64,000 bases of DNA from assembly GCA_944383355.1 (NCBI GenBank), contig CALWPF010000006.1:429-64428 (forward strand), read 5' to 3'. Below are positions 29,138 through 38,172 of this stretch, piece by piece (positions within the stretch are counted from its first letter, which is position 1; each line of letters starts with the position of its first letter). The notes beneath the pieces are model-generated. The model worked only from the letters and a program-made list of their open reading frames with translations, had not been told where the DNA came from and ran no database searches. A program made the translations under genes and the position numbers. The stretch is from an uncultured Clostridia bacterium (lineage in GTDB: Bacteria; Bacillota; Clostridia; Christensenellales; UBA1242).

Positions 29138-30754
29138 ATGGGCAAAATATTGAAATTTAACAACAACCTAGATTATTACCTAAAATTATATGATACACGT
29201 AAAATTGATAATGATTTGTTGGGGGCATTAGATGCTGCGAGGTCTGCATTGACTCACGCAAAAACTCGTATAGATAGAGAGGCAATTAATTTACTATTAG
29301 GACAGGTTTACTATGATATGGGACTTTTTTCTCTATCTTGCGAGTATTATTTTCGTGCGATCAAGACTCCTTTTTCTCGTGCGGGGGCATATTTTGGCAT
29401 AGGAAGAAGTCTAGTAATGATGGATAAATTGTTGCTTGCATTGGAGTATTTTGATGCAGTTTTGGCATGGGATTACAAAGATGAATTTACAGATGCTGTG
29501 CTAGAGTGGTCCGAGGTCATAAAAAATAAACTCAAAAAAGCAGAGTCTACTAATTTAAATAAAAAAATCAAAACAAATATCGCAGGTATATTTAGAATAA
29601 AAAAATATAATGAGGCAGAGAGTTATTTATCTCAATTGGTTGAATTGTACCCTAATGACCCAGATTACAACATATTACTCGTACAGTGCTATTTTTATCA
29701 AAAAAAATTTGATGATGCTAGGAGAGTCTTGTTTGATATCTTGAGACTATTCCCAGAGAATATAAATGCTCTAGTGATGTCATGTCAACTTTGCATTTAC
29801 GTAGAGGATTATAGTAGTTTAGATGAATATTTGCATCTGTTATCCAAATTGGAGATTACAGAGCAGGGGCAAATGTTGTCAATAGGCAATATTTATTTTA
29901 ATCTTGGTAGATACAATATCGCATCACAATATTTTGAGCAAGCGTTGAGCAATAATGAATACAAACCAAAGCTGTTACTATACATAGCTATTTGCTATTA
30001 TAATCAAGGAGATTATGAAAATTCATTGTTTTATGTTGCTCGTGCTCGCTGGATAGATTTTGAGAGCCCTACATTGGTTCAATTTTACAATTTATTTCGT
30101 GAGCAACAGTATTCAGAGCATTTGGGATTGAGTGACAGATTACCTGATGCTGTAGTGGCTCAAAAATATGAACTCGTCAAATCATATCTCGAAAATGAAA
30201 ATTTTGGACAGGAGTTTTTGCGTTCAAATACTATGCTAGATGATTTGGAATGGTCGCTAACATTGAGTGAATTTGAGATAAATCAACTGTTAAGTATGCG
30301 TCTGACATCTATAAAGCACAAAAAAGCTATCAATATGGTATCAAAAATATTATTATCCACTAGACCAACTATCAAACAAAAATTTTTGTTTACAAAATAT
30401 GCCTTGCAATCAGGTAATTACAAGTATATAGATTTGACAGCTAATTACAAGTTTCGTAGCTTTAGTACCAAAATGCAAAAAGCATTATTCAACAACGAGT
30501 TGGTAAGAAATGCAATAAGTAGTGCTCGAGCATATGTTGAATGTTATGCCACGGGCGTAGATATATTGAGCGAGTTGCACGAATTATCTAGAGCAGTCAT
30601 TCGCAAAGGAAATGATATTAAGATAGATGAGAACACTTTGGCATGTGCTTATTTTTACCAAAAAAGTCAAGTTTTGTTTGATGCATGCATATATTTTGGG
30701 GTAGATGTTGGTACAGTCAATCTTGTGTTGAGAGAGCTGGGTATAAATAATTAG
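29138..30754 (+). CDS. TPR-repeat protein
   Basis: Repeated A..Y/F..A helical-pair motifs (LGQVYYDMGLFSLSCEYYFRAI, IGNIYFNLGRYNIASQYFEQAL, AICYYNQGDYENSLFY). The start is ambiguous: ATG at 29138 has no clear SD, and the track TTG at 29102 is possible. Confidence 0.65.
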   Translation: MGKILKFNNNLDYYLKLYDTRKIDNDLLGALDAARSALTHAKTRIDREAINLLLGQVYYDMGLFSLSCEYYFRAIKTPFSRAGAYFGIGRSLVMMDKLLLALEYFDAVLAWDYKDEFTDAVLEWSEVIKNKLKKAESTNLNKKIKTNIAGIFRIKKYNEAESYLSQLVELYPNDPDYNILLVQCYFYQKKFDDARRVLFDILRLFPENINALVMSCQLCIYVEDYSSLDEYLHLLSKLEITEQGQMLSIGNIYFNLGRYNIASQYFEQALSNNEYKPKLLLYIAICYYNQGDYENSLFYVARARWIDFESPTLVQFYNLFREQQYSEHLGLSDRLPDAVVAQKYELVKSYLENENFGQEFLRSNTMLDDLEWSLTLSEFEINQLLSMRLTSIKHKKAINMVSKILLSTRPTIKQKFLFTKYALQSGNYKYIDLTANYKFRSFSTKMQKALFNNELVRNAISSARAYVECYATGVDILSELHELSRAVIRKGNDIKIDENTLACAYFYQKSQVLFDACIYFGVDVGTVNLVLRELGINN

Positions 30755-30763
30755 GTGTAGTTA

Positions 30764-31840
30764 ATGAAAGATATAAAAGAAATTTTGTTAGTGGGTGGTA
30801 TGATATTTGGTTCTATTGCTGGAGCAGGCTTTGCCTCTGGCAAAGAGGTATGGTTTTATTTTGCCCAATTTGGCTGGATATGCTATCCGTTAATAATTGT
30901 TACAGGAATTCTGTTTTTTTTGGTTGCATTTGTGTGCTTGGAATTCGGTAAAAAATTTGCTATATATTCAGTACAAGATATGAATTCGTTATTATTTAAA
31001 AAAGCTAGTTTTTGGGCTGAGTTATTGTTTGCTATGAGTAATTTGGTGCTCCTAGCATCTATGTTTGCTGGGGCAGATAGTTTATTAGGAATCAATTTTG
31101 ATAATGTATACCGATTGGGCGGAGTGATAACTGCGGTACTGACTGTCATAGTAGTATGGCTTGGGTTTGATAAAATCGTCAAGGTAAACTGTATAATTGT
31201 GCCAGCTATGATAATCGTAGTGGCACTAACATTCTTTTATTGTATGGCTGGAATGCCGGCTATCTCTTTGCCAGTAGTTACTGATGATTGGAATGTTTTA
31301 TTTGCTATACTAAATTGCTTGACTTTTGTATCTAGTAATATTTATTTTGCTGGTTTTATATTTGCAAAACTTGGTAAGGCACATAGCACTCGTACCAATT
31401 TATTGGGTAGTATGTTGGGAGCAATATTTATGGTAATATGCGTGCTGGGTATGGTGACTACTATTTATCTCAACCCATATTCTAGTATGAGTGATATGCC
31501 ATTAATATATATTGCTACTGAGGTATCTAGTGTTTTTGGTGTCATTACACAGGTGGTAGTGTGGCTGGGTATATTCACAACTGCAGTTACCCTATTGTAT
31601 GCTATCGGTAATTGGCTCAGAGAATATTTTGGACACTATCATTTGGTTACAATCATAGCTAGTATTTTGGCATTAGGTCTAGCAGGTATGGGATTCAGTA
31701 ATATTATTAATTATTTTTATCCTTTACTAGGTGGATTAGGGGCAATATTCGTAATAATAATGTGCATTGCCACATATCGTAATCCAAAGAAAAAATTAAA
31801 AGATGTGGAGCAGGGAAATATTAGGAGGCTGTCAGGGTGA
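30764..31840 (+). CDS. Polytopic membrane protein, YkvI-like (transporter superfamily)
   Basis: About 10 TM helices. The N-terminus [18 protein letters not shown] resembles the YkvI family. Confidence 0.6.
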   Translation: MKDIKEILLVGGMIFGSIAGAGFASGKEVWFYFAQFGWICYPLIIVTGILFFLVAFVCLEFGKKFAIYSVQDMNSLLFKKASFWAELLFAMSNLVLLASMFAGADSLLGINFDNVYRLGGVITAVLTVIVVWLGFDKIVKVNCIIVPAMIIVVALTFFYCMAGMPAISLPVVTDDWNVLFAILNCLTFVSSNIYFAGFIFAKLGKAHSTRTNLLGSMLGAIFMVICVLGMVTTIYLNPYSSMSDMPLIYIATEVSSVFGVITQVVVWLGIFTTAVTLLYAIGNWLREYFGHYHLVTIIASILALGLAGMGFSNIINYFYPLLGGLGAIFVIIMCIATYRNPKKKLKDVEQGNIRRLSG

Positions 31841-32529
31841 GTAAAATTAATAATATGTCTATTGATTGGAATAAAAAATATTTAAAAAATAAAATTTATT
31901 TAGACAAAAAAATTAAGATAGATATTAGTACAAAAATATTTCCAAATAACTTCATAATTGGTAGCACAAAAATAGGAATTAATTGTATTTTTTTACCTAA
32001 TAATTTTTTGCAGAATTGTACTATAAAAAATAACGTCACTATTCACAATAGTGTATTGTCAGATTGTGAGGTTGGTGTAGGTTGTAAAATAGGGGTTTTT
32101 AGTCATTTGCGTGATGGAGTAAAGCTAGGTAAAAATTGCAAAATTGGAAACTTTTGTGAAATCAAAAATAGTACACTAGGTGATGGTTGTAAAATGAGTC
32201 ATTTGGCATATGTTGGCGATAGTGAAATTGGCAAAAACTGTAATATAGGTTGCGGGGTTGTTTTTGCTAATTATGATGGTACAAAAAAACAAAAAATAAT
32301 TGTGGGCGATAATGTATTTATAGGTAGTAACAGTATTTTGATTGCTCCACTTAATATTGCAGACGGTACATATATATGTGCTGGTAGTGTGGTCACAGAA
32401 AATACTAATGTTAATGATTTTGTAATTGGTAGAGTTAAGGCAGTGCACAAGGCAAATAAGGCAATAGGTAGGTATTGTCCAACTGACCATCAAAATCAAA
32501 AATCACAAAACGAGTGCATAGTATCCTAA
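31837..32529 (+). CDS. GlmU C-terminal-domain homolog: left-handed beta-helix acetyltransferase only
   Basis: Hexapeptide repeats. [69 protein letters not shown] matches the GlmU acetyltransferase core. There is no nucleotidyltransferase domain. The GTG start overlaps the upstream stop (GTGA); ATG at 31855 is an alternative. Confidence 0.7.
   Translation: MSKINNMSIDWNKKYLKNKIYLDKKIKIDISTKIFPNNFIIGSTKIGINCIFLPNNFLQNCTIKNNVTIHNSVLSDCEVGVGCKIGVFSHLRDGVKLGKNCKIGNFCEIKNSTLGDGCKMSHLAYVGDSEIGKNCNIGCGVVFANYDGTKKQKIIVGDNVFIGSNSILIAPLNIADGTYICAGSVVTENTNVNDFVIGRVKAVHKANKAIGRYCPTDHQNQKSQNECIVS
32514..32525 (+). repeat. GTGCATAGTAT(C) motif, occurrence 1
   Basis: Exact 12-mer shared with 32579-32590. 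It lies in the last codons of the 31837..32529 gene. Confidence 0.9.
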
Positions 32530-32578
32530 AAAACTATATAAAATCACAAAAAAATGCGACATTGTTATGTATTTTGAT

Positions 32579-32590
32579 GTGCATAGTATC
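32579..32590 (+). repeat. GTGCATAGTAT(C) motif, occurrence 2, inside an inverted repeat
   Basis: TTTTGAT-gtgcatagt-ATCAAAA spans 32572-32594, 21 nt upstream of ATG 32612. Confidence 0.9.
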
Positions 32591-32611
32591 AAAAATATGA
32601 GGGGTAGTATT

Positions 32612-33610
32612 ATGAATAATGCTGTAATTTTAGCTGCGGGGAAAAGTAGCAGAATGGGAATGGGGATAAATAAGGTATTGTTAAATTGCGCAGGTGTACC
32701 AATTTTAAAGTACCATCTTGATGCCTTGCGTGCTAGCAAAATAGATAAGATTATCGTAGTGCTCGGGTACCAGGGTGACCAAGTCAAAAAATTGCTAAAT
32801 AAGGATATAAATATAGTCTATCAAAATAAGTGTTGTGGAACAGGTGATGCTGTGATGACTGCAATACCCCAATTGTCAGGAGATGATTATACTATTATCA
32901 TAAATGGTGATGGACCATTTTTGAGTGCAGAGCAGTTGAATAAATTGTTGGAAGAGGCTCAAAAATATGATTTTTTATTGCTTACCCAAGTGATAAAAAG
33001 TAGTAATAAATTTGGCAGAATTTTGCGAGATAAAAATAATAAAATATTAAAAATTATTGAGGCAAGTGATGCTACAAAAAATCAATTAAAAATTGAAGAA
33101 TGTAATAGTGGTGTATATGTTATAAAAACAAAGATTTTGTGTGAATATATTAAGAAAATAAAAGCCGAAAATAATCAATGTGAATATTATTTTACTGATA
33201 TATTAGAATTGTTGGTGAATGATAATAAAAATATAGGTAGTTTTTCTTTTGATGAAGGTGATTTTTTGAACAGTGTTAATACACTAACTGAATTTAGTGA
33301 AATGGAAAGCGTGGTTAGGTATAAAATAAATAGTGATTTACTTTCACATAATATTTGGATACATGATGTGCGTAATACCTATATAGATAAACAATGTAGA
33401 CTAGAGCCAATGTGCGAGATTTATGCTAACACACATATATTAGGTGAATCAGTAATAGGTGAGCGTACCAAAATATTACCTAACTGTTATATAAAAAATT
33501 GTAAAATAGGTAGAGATTGCTTGATTGATGTGAATTGTGTGCTTGAGGGAATAAATTTGGAGGATAACACAATTTTATCTCCAAATACCAAAATGATTTG
33601 TGTAAAATAA
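32612..33610 (+). CDS. GlmU N-terminal-domain homolog: sugar-1-phosphate nucleotidyltransferase plus a truncated beta-helix
   Basis: ATG follows GAGGGG. ILAAGKSSRMG, NKVLLNCAGVPIL, CCGTGDAV and IINGDGPF match the GlmU uridylyltransferase domain. The C-terminus has only the first beta-helix turns and no NYDG acetyltransferase core. Confidence 0.7.
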   Translation: MNNAVILAAGKSSRMGMGINKVLLNCAGVPILKYHLDALRASKIDKIIVVLGYQGDQVKKLLNKDINIVYQNKCCGTGDAVMTAIPQLSGDDYTIIINGDGPFLSAEQLNKLLEEAQKYDFLLLTQVIKSSNKFGRILRDKNNKILKIIEASDATKNQLKIEECNSGVYVIKTKILCEYIKKIKAENNQCEYYFTDILELLVNDNKNIGSFSFDEGDFLNSVNTLTEFSEMESVVRYKINSDLLSHNIWIHDVRNTYIDKQCRLEPMCEIYANTHILGESVIGERTKILPNCYIKNCKIGRDCLIDVNCVLEGINLEDNTILSPNTKMICVK

Positions 33611-33635
33611 AAATGTGGTAGTTTAACCACATTTT
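33610..33635. terminator. Bidirectional terminator between convergent genes
   Basis: aaaatgtggt / accacatttt 10-bp stem with a 6-nt loop. It abuts both stop codons. Confidence 0.7.
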
Positions 33636-33937
33636 TACCTATTTTGTATTAGTTGATTTACTTCCTTTTCTCCCTCGGCAAGGAATTTGGCCTCGTCGGG
33701 AGATAGTTTAATCAGTAGTGTTAGTAATTCTCCAACGTGCACTCTTTCTTCGTTGCGTATATCAGTCCAGACTCTTTTTGCCAATTCATTATCTGTCATG
33801 CGTATGTGTTCATCATACTGAATTATTGCCTCCATTTCCCCCATAATGTCTCTGCGTACAGCATCTACCAATTGTGAGTCGTTTAGTTTACCTTGTAATG
33901 AAACATTTCTTGAGAATCCCTCATTGCTTCTATCCAT
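33635..33937 (-). CDS. Small ferritin-like protein of the encapsulated-ferritin (EncFtn) type
   Basis: 100 aa. GEMEAIIQYDEH....DIRNEERVHVGELL matches the EncFtn E..E/EExxH di-iron motif layout as I recall it. No Gly-rich C-terminal targeting peptide. Confidence 0.55.
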   Translation of the reverse strand: MDRSNEGFSRNVSLQGKLNDSQLVDAVRRDIMGEMEAIIQYDEHIRMTDNELAKRVWTDIRNEERVHVGELLTLLIKLSPDEAKFLAEGEKEVNQLIQNR

Positions 33938-34100
33938 ATTTACTCCTTAAAGATTTTATTTATTGATAGGTATAATTATATATGCACATATTTGATATTA
34001 GGTGTTATATATTATTTAGTCTGGTTTTTGCACTAGATATTGACAAAATTCTTGTTATTTAGTAAACTGGTACGGTAAATAGTAAAAGGGAGGTTCGGCT

Positions 34101-34427
34101 ATGGCTGATGGAGAGGGGATAGGTAGTGTTTTATCAAAGATTTTTGATGTGATCAACAAAATCTGTGCTTTTATCCTGGTAATAGTTTATGTATTGTTTG
34201 CTATCAATGCAAACTGGGAATTTATCACTAATGAGACTGTTCTTGAGATAATTGGTTATATTATGCATTATGGTCCGCTAGTAATTGTGTCTTTGGTATG
34301 TATTGAGTTCGCTATCAAGCGCAATATTGCATTGCAAATTATAGTATATTTGTTATTGGCTGTTATGATAATATTCCAGTTCTTACCTGGTACATGGGAC
34401 CAAATTGTTGGAAGCATCAAAGGTTAA
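34101..34427 (+). CDS. Small membrane protein (3 TM), hypothetical
   Basis: ATG follows GGGAGG. Three hydrophobic segments. Confidence 0.6.
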   Translation: MADGEGIGSVLSKIFDVINKICAFILVIVYVLFAINANWEFITNETVLEIIGYIMHYGPLVIVSLVCIEFAIKRNIALQIIVYLLLAVMIIFQFLPGTWDQIVGSIKG

Positions 34428-34445
34428 TTAATATGTTAACAAAAG

Positions 34446-34473
34446 TGATATAGGTCGTCTATATCATTTTTTT
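34446..34473 (+). terminator. Rho-independent terminator
   Basis: tgatatag / ctatatca stem followed by ttttttt. Confidence 0.65.
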
Positions 34474-34718
34474 ATTATAATATACATATAATAGCGAAAC
34501 TACAGCACATATGTATGATGGGTTTATTTGTTACATTTCTCTTACTCAAATCTGTTGTTTTATATGCCTTCTTGATAATAATTTTAGTGCTATTTTAGTA
34601 TGTTTCTTTTGGTTAATAGTTTTTGACTGATTTTATTGATTTTAATATTAGTGTTTAGATTATTTGACTTTAAGTGCGTAGTATTGTAAAATGTTGCTAT
34701 AATATTTTGGAGGTGAAT

Positions 34719-35579
34719 ATGAGCGTATTTTTTACTGATAGTAATAGTGAATTGTGGTATACCGTAGTAGATGAGCTCGGTATTAAATATATTAGTATGC
34801 CTTATGCTTTTGGTGATCAAGAGAGCGGATATGACTTGGGGCGCACTCATGATTTTAAGACATTTTATTCGAGAATTCGTGCAGGAGAGATACCTAGCAC
34901 TATGGCACTCAACCCACAAAACTATATAGACATTTTTGAGCCTATATTGGCTAGTGGGCAGGACATATTGTATGTAACATTTAGTAGTGGTATGAGTAGT
35001 ACGTTCCAGTTTATGCAACAGGCTATTGATGAGCTAAAGCAAAAATACCCAGAGCGTTCTATCAAATATGTAGATACACTTAATATATCACTAGGTGCTG
35101 GATTGATAGCATATGAGGCTGCTAAGTTGCACAATCAAGGCGCAAGTGATGATGAAGTGATAGAGTTTGTAAAAAAATTTCGTAACAAGGTGGATATATA
35201 TTTTACTGCGAATGATCTAATGTACCTCAAACGTGGTGGTAGGATATCTGCAACTAGTGCTATTTTTGGTACAGCGCTAGGCATCAAACCAATTTTATCA
35301 GTTAGTGCTGGGGGTAAAGTTGTTGCGGTAGGAAAGGTTGTTGGCCGTAAAAAAGCGATACAGACCTTGTTGGACAAACTGATAACAGAGGGAGAGAGTG
35401 TGGCTGATTATCCAATAGGCATATTGCATGCAGATTGCGAGGCTGATGCCAAATATTTGGAGTCAAAGGTTCGTGAGATTGTAGGTAAAGATGCTACTAT
35501 TTGGGTCCAACCAGTAGGCCCTACGGTAGGTACTCACTGTGGTCCTGATACATTGGGGTTAGTTTTCCATAAAAAATAA
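34719..35579 (+). CDS. DegV-family fatty-acid-binding protein
   Basis: ATG follows GGAGGTG, with TGcTATAAT upstream. FFTDSNSELW..STMALNPQ..LSSGMSSTF..YLKRGGRIS are DegV hallmarks. The track start at 34674 is over-extended. Confidence 0.85.
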   Translation: MSVFFTDSNSELWYTVVDELGIKYISMPYAFGDQESGYDLGRTHDFKTFYSRIRAGEIPSTMALNPQNYIDIFEPILASGQDILYVTFSSGMSSTFQFMQQAIDELKQKYPERSIKYVDTLNISLGAGLIAYEAAKLHNQGASDDEVIEFVKKFRNKVDIYFTANDLMYLKRGGRISATSAIFGTALGIKPILSVSAGGKVVAVGKVVGRKKAIQTLLDKLITEGESVADYPIGILHADCEADAKYLESKVREIVGKDATIWVQPVGPTVGTHCGPDTLGLVFHKK

Positions 35580-35590
35580 TATCTAAGTTA

Positions 35591-35636
35591 ACACTACTTG
35601 TTGGGATTGTGGCAATCTCATTAAGTGGTGTTTTTT
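35591..35636 (+). terminator. Long stem-loop terminator
   Basis: acactactt / aagtggtgt outer stem with one G-U pair, gattg / caatc inner stem, followed by tttttt. Confidence 0.55.
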
Positions 35637-35751
35637 GTTAAATAGATACAAAAAAAAATTACAATTGCAAATATTATTTGATATTGTTTGACCGCTATGA
35701 ATAAAAGTGTTAAAATTATACAAATTATAAAAAAGGAGTGTGTGTTTTGTT

Positions 35752-36243
35752 ATGGCAAAGTCAAAGAAGAATAATAATTCCATAATCTGGGCCATAGTCA
35801 GTATAGTAATGGCAGGTCTAATGATAGGCTCATTCTTTATGCCTGTAATTGCTACTAGCATAGGTACTGGATTGGGAGGTGGAGCGAGCACTACTAGTAC
35901 TATATCATGTTTGGACATTATACAAAATACCGATGTTTACGATGACACTAGGATAGCTATTGGTGTAATGGGCTTGATAGTAATGATATTGGGCTGTTTG
36001 TTGGCACTTGGTTCAATAGTTTCATTGTTTATGAAGAGTAAAGGCTTGAATATGGCAAATATTTTATTTGCAGTACTTGCTTTCTTGTTGGCAGTGGTAG
36101 CCTTGATCCTTACATTTACATTGAATGAGTCTGGTGGTTTTGGAGATATTGTTACAGGTTCTGTTAGTACTAGTTGGGCCATGATTGTAGCAACTATTGC
36201 TGGTTTGATCGCATGTGTTTCAACTATGATGAATCGTAAATAG
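35752..36243 (+). CDS. Membrane protein (4 TM), hypothetical
   Basis: MAKSKKNNN followed by four hydrophobic helices. The start is ambiguous (GTG at 35740 or ATG at 35752). Confidence 0.6.
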   Translation: MAKSKKNNNSIIWAIVSIVMAGLMIGSFFMPVIATSIGTGLGGGASTTSTISCLDIIQNTDVYDDTRIAIGVMGLIVMILGCLLALGSIVSLFMKSKGLNMANILFAVLAFLLAVVALILTFTLNESGGFGDIVTGSVSTSWAMIVATIAGLIACVSTMMNRK

Positions 36244-36263
36244 ATTAATTTAAAATACTAATA

Positions 36264-36290
36264 AAAAATACTGGGACTCCAGTATTTTTT
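36264..36290. terminator. Bidirectional terminator between convergent genes
   Basis: aaaaatactgg / ccagtattttt with a 4-nt loop. Confidence 0.7.
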
Positions 36291-36312
36291 ATTTATACAA
36301 AAATTTCCTAAA

Positions 36313-36693
36313 TTAGATGATATGGAAACCTAGTTTTAGTATTAGGTAAACAATATTTACAATAATACCTAAAAAAGCTAGTATGATGCCACAGTTTGCC
36401 CAACTCATACCTTTTTGTGTGGCATCTTTTTTCATTTGTACTCTAGCCACAAAACAAAAGTACAAGGATATTATTGAGATAATACCAGCAAAATTAATAT
36501 AAGACCAACTGAGTACTAAGGCAACTAGAGATACAATAAATCCAAGAATTGCATTGCCATTGTATCTCTTTTTACCGCTGGTGATAATAGGGTACTCTTT
36601 GGTAGAATATTCTCCATCTCTTTTTTCGATAGGTTGTGTAGTGATAGGTGGAGGGGTATCTTTCTTTGACTTTCCCCAATCTAATCCAAACAT
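36313..36693 (-). CDS. Small membrane protein (DUF4190-like), hypothetical
   Basis: ATG at 36693 follows GGGAGGTG on the minus strand. A Pro/Thr-rich N-terminus is followed by TM helices. The family call is tentative. Confidence 0.55.
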   Translation of the reverse strand: MFGLDWGKSKKDTPPPITTQPIEKRDGEYSTKEYPIITSGKKRYNGNAILGFIVSLVALVLSWSYINFAGIISIISLYFCFVARVQMKKDATQKGMSWANCGIILAFLGIIVNIVYLILKLGFHII

Positions 36694-36948
36694 ACTGCAC
36701 CTCCCAATCATTTTTGTTAATTTTAACAATTTTGATAGGATTTGTCAATATTTGGAATGCGTTCAAACCTATGTAAATTATTTTTACTTTATTGATAAAT
36801 CTTACAAAAAAGATATGTGTGTATTACAAATTAGTTGCCAATTTTGTATAAAAATGATATAATCAAAATAAGAATAAATTAGCAGGCTATTTCCTTTTTT
36901 AGTCATATCTTGTGAATTTTATTCCCAGTTCACAAGGAGGTTTACACT

Positions 36949-37128
36949 ATGGAAGACAAGACATTGGTTTGCAAAGATTGCGGAAAAGAGTTTGTTTGGA
37001 CTGTTGGCGAGCAAGAATTTTTCCAAAAGATGCAATTTGAGCATGAGCCATTACGTTGCCCTGAGTGTCGTAAGGCACGCAGAGCATCTAGAGATGCCAA
37101 TGCACAAAACAGCAATACTGGTGAATAG
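36949..37128 (+). CDS. Zinc-ribbon small protein (59 aa, below the track cut-off)
   Basis: ATG follows AAGGAGG. CKDCGKEF..EQEFF..RCPECR gives CxxC..CxxC. A terminator follows. Confidence 0.7.
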   Translation: MEDKTLVCKDCGKEFVWTVGEQEFFQKMQFEHEPLRCPECRKARRASRDANAQNSNTGE

Positions 37129-37146
37129 TAATTTTATCAGATTTTG

Positions 37147-37170
37147 GGTGGGTGATTTGCCTACCTTTTT
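37147..37170 (+). terminator. Rho-independent terminator of the zinc-ribbon gene
   Basis: ggtggg / cctacc stem with one G-U pair on the + strand transcript, followed by ttttt. Confidence 0.5.
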
Positions 37171-37173
37171 GTT

Positions 37174-37947
37174 TTATATACAGCAAATGACTACCACCCC
37201 AAGTATTATCAAGTATGGCACAAAATACCAAAGGTTAATTTTCCTTATTATCTTTTGCATCAACAATAGTCCAAGCCATGCTGTGATAAATGCTGATATA
37301 CAAGCAACTAATATGGAGTACCACTCAACTTGTATAGGGGTAGTCCACACATCACTAAATATCAATTCATAAACTAGACTGGCTAGTATAATTGGTATGC
37401 TCATTAAAAAGCTAAAGTCAAGAGCGGATTGTCTCTCTGTCCCTGCTACCAAACCTACTGCTAGCGTTGTACCGCTACGACTGAGACCAGGGAATACTGC
37501 AAACGCTTGTCCTATTCCCATTAGTAGGGTGTTTTTGTAATTTAACATAGACGGTACAGTGTATTTTTTTGTTACTAACTGCGCTATACTCAACATTACT
37601 GCAGTAACTAAAAATCCTATACCTACCAATGTGGTATTGCTCATATAGTCGGTAAATAATGGTCCTAAGATTAGTACAAAGATTACTGCTGGTAATGTCG
37701 CAACAACTAGGTATTTGTTCATTTGGCAAAATGGGTGAGTTATCAAATAAAATATTTGTTTACGATAAAAATATATCACAGCCAGCAATGTAGATATGTG
37801 TAGCAAAATATTTAGAAAAGTGTAGTCTATACTAATATCAAAAATTGCCTCAAGAATTACCAAATGCCCACTAGATGATACCGGCAAAAACTCAGTAAAT
37901 CCTTGGACTATCCCCAATACTACTGCTAGCCAAAATAACATAAACAA
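37174..37947 (-). CDS. uppP: Undecaprenyl-diphosphate phosphatase
   Basis: GFTEFLPVSSSGHL and PGLSRSG motifs. Polytopic, 257 aa. Confidence 0.95.
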   Translation of the reverse strand: MFMLFWLAVVLGIVQGFTEFLPVSSSGHLVILEAIFDISIDYTFLNILLHISTLLAVIYFYRKQIFYLITHPFCQMNKYLVVATLPAVIFVLILGPLFTDYMSNTTLVGIGFLVTAVMLSIAQLVTKKYTVPSMLNYKNTLLMGIGQAFAVFPGLSRSGTTLAVGLVAGTERQSALDFSFLMSIPIILASLVYELIFSDVWTTPIQVEWYSILVACISAFITAWLGLLLMQKIIRKINLWYFVPYLIILGVVVICCI

Positions 37948-38047
37948 TACCTACTGTTTTTTTAATTAGTATATGGTTTATTATGATTTTTTATGTTTTT
38001 ATTGCAAAATATGGCTAACACTTTGGCATTATCAATATAGTATTCTA

Positions 38048-38076
38048 TTGACTATTGTTGTAGTATTTGTTATAAT
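38048..38076 (+). promoter_or_regulatory. Near-consensus sigma-A promoter upstream of glyQS
   Basis: TTGACT at 38048-38053, a 17-nt spacer, then TATAAT at 38071-38076. Confidence 0.55.
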
Positions 38077-38172
38077 TTTTTCATTAAACCTTTGTTTGCT
38101 AATGTGGTTATTGGCAGTATAATTACCATATTATTAAATGTTGGGTACTAGTATAATTTTTGAGGTAAATAA

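Noticed and set aside
33635-34427. A possible encapsulin nanocompartment operon around the EncFtn-like gene.
   Set aside because: No shell-sized (about 260-300 aa, HK97-fold) gene is adjacent. The only neighbour is a 108-aa membrane protein, so no operon can be claimed from this window.
34590-35018. 142-aa minus-strand ORF. The same applies to 35583..35918, 10998..11468, 7822..8211 and 22766..23158.
   Set aside because: All lie antisense within strongly supported genes (DegV, membrane protein, P-type ATPase, ABC exporter, era) and show shadow-ORF composition.
36992-37372. 126-aa + strand ORF in the track.
   Set aside because: It overlaps the 3' half of uppP on the opposite strand and starts inside the well-supported 59-aa zinc-ribbon gene in another frame. 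It has no RBS and no recognisable motifs.
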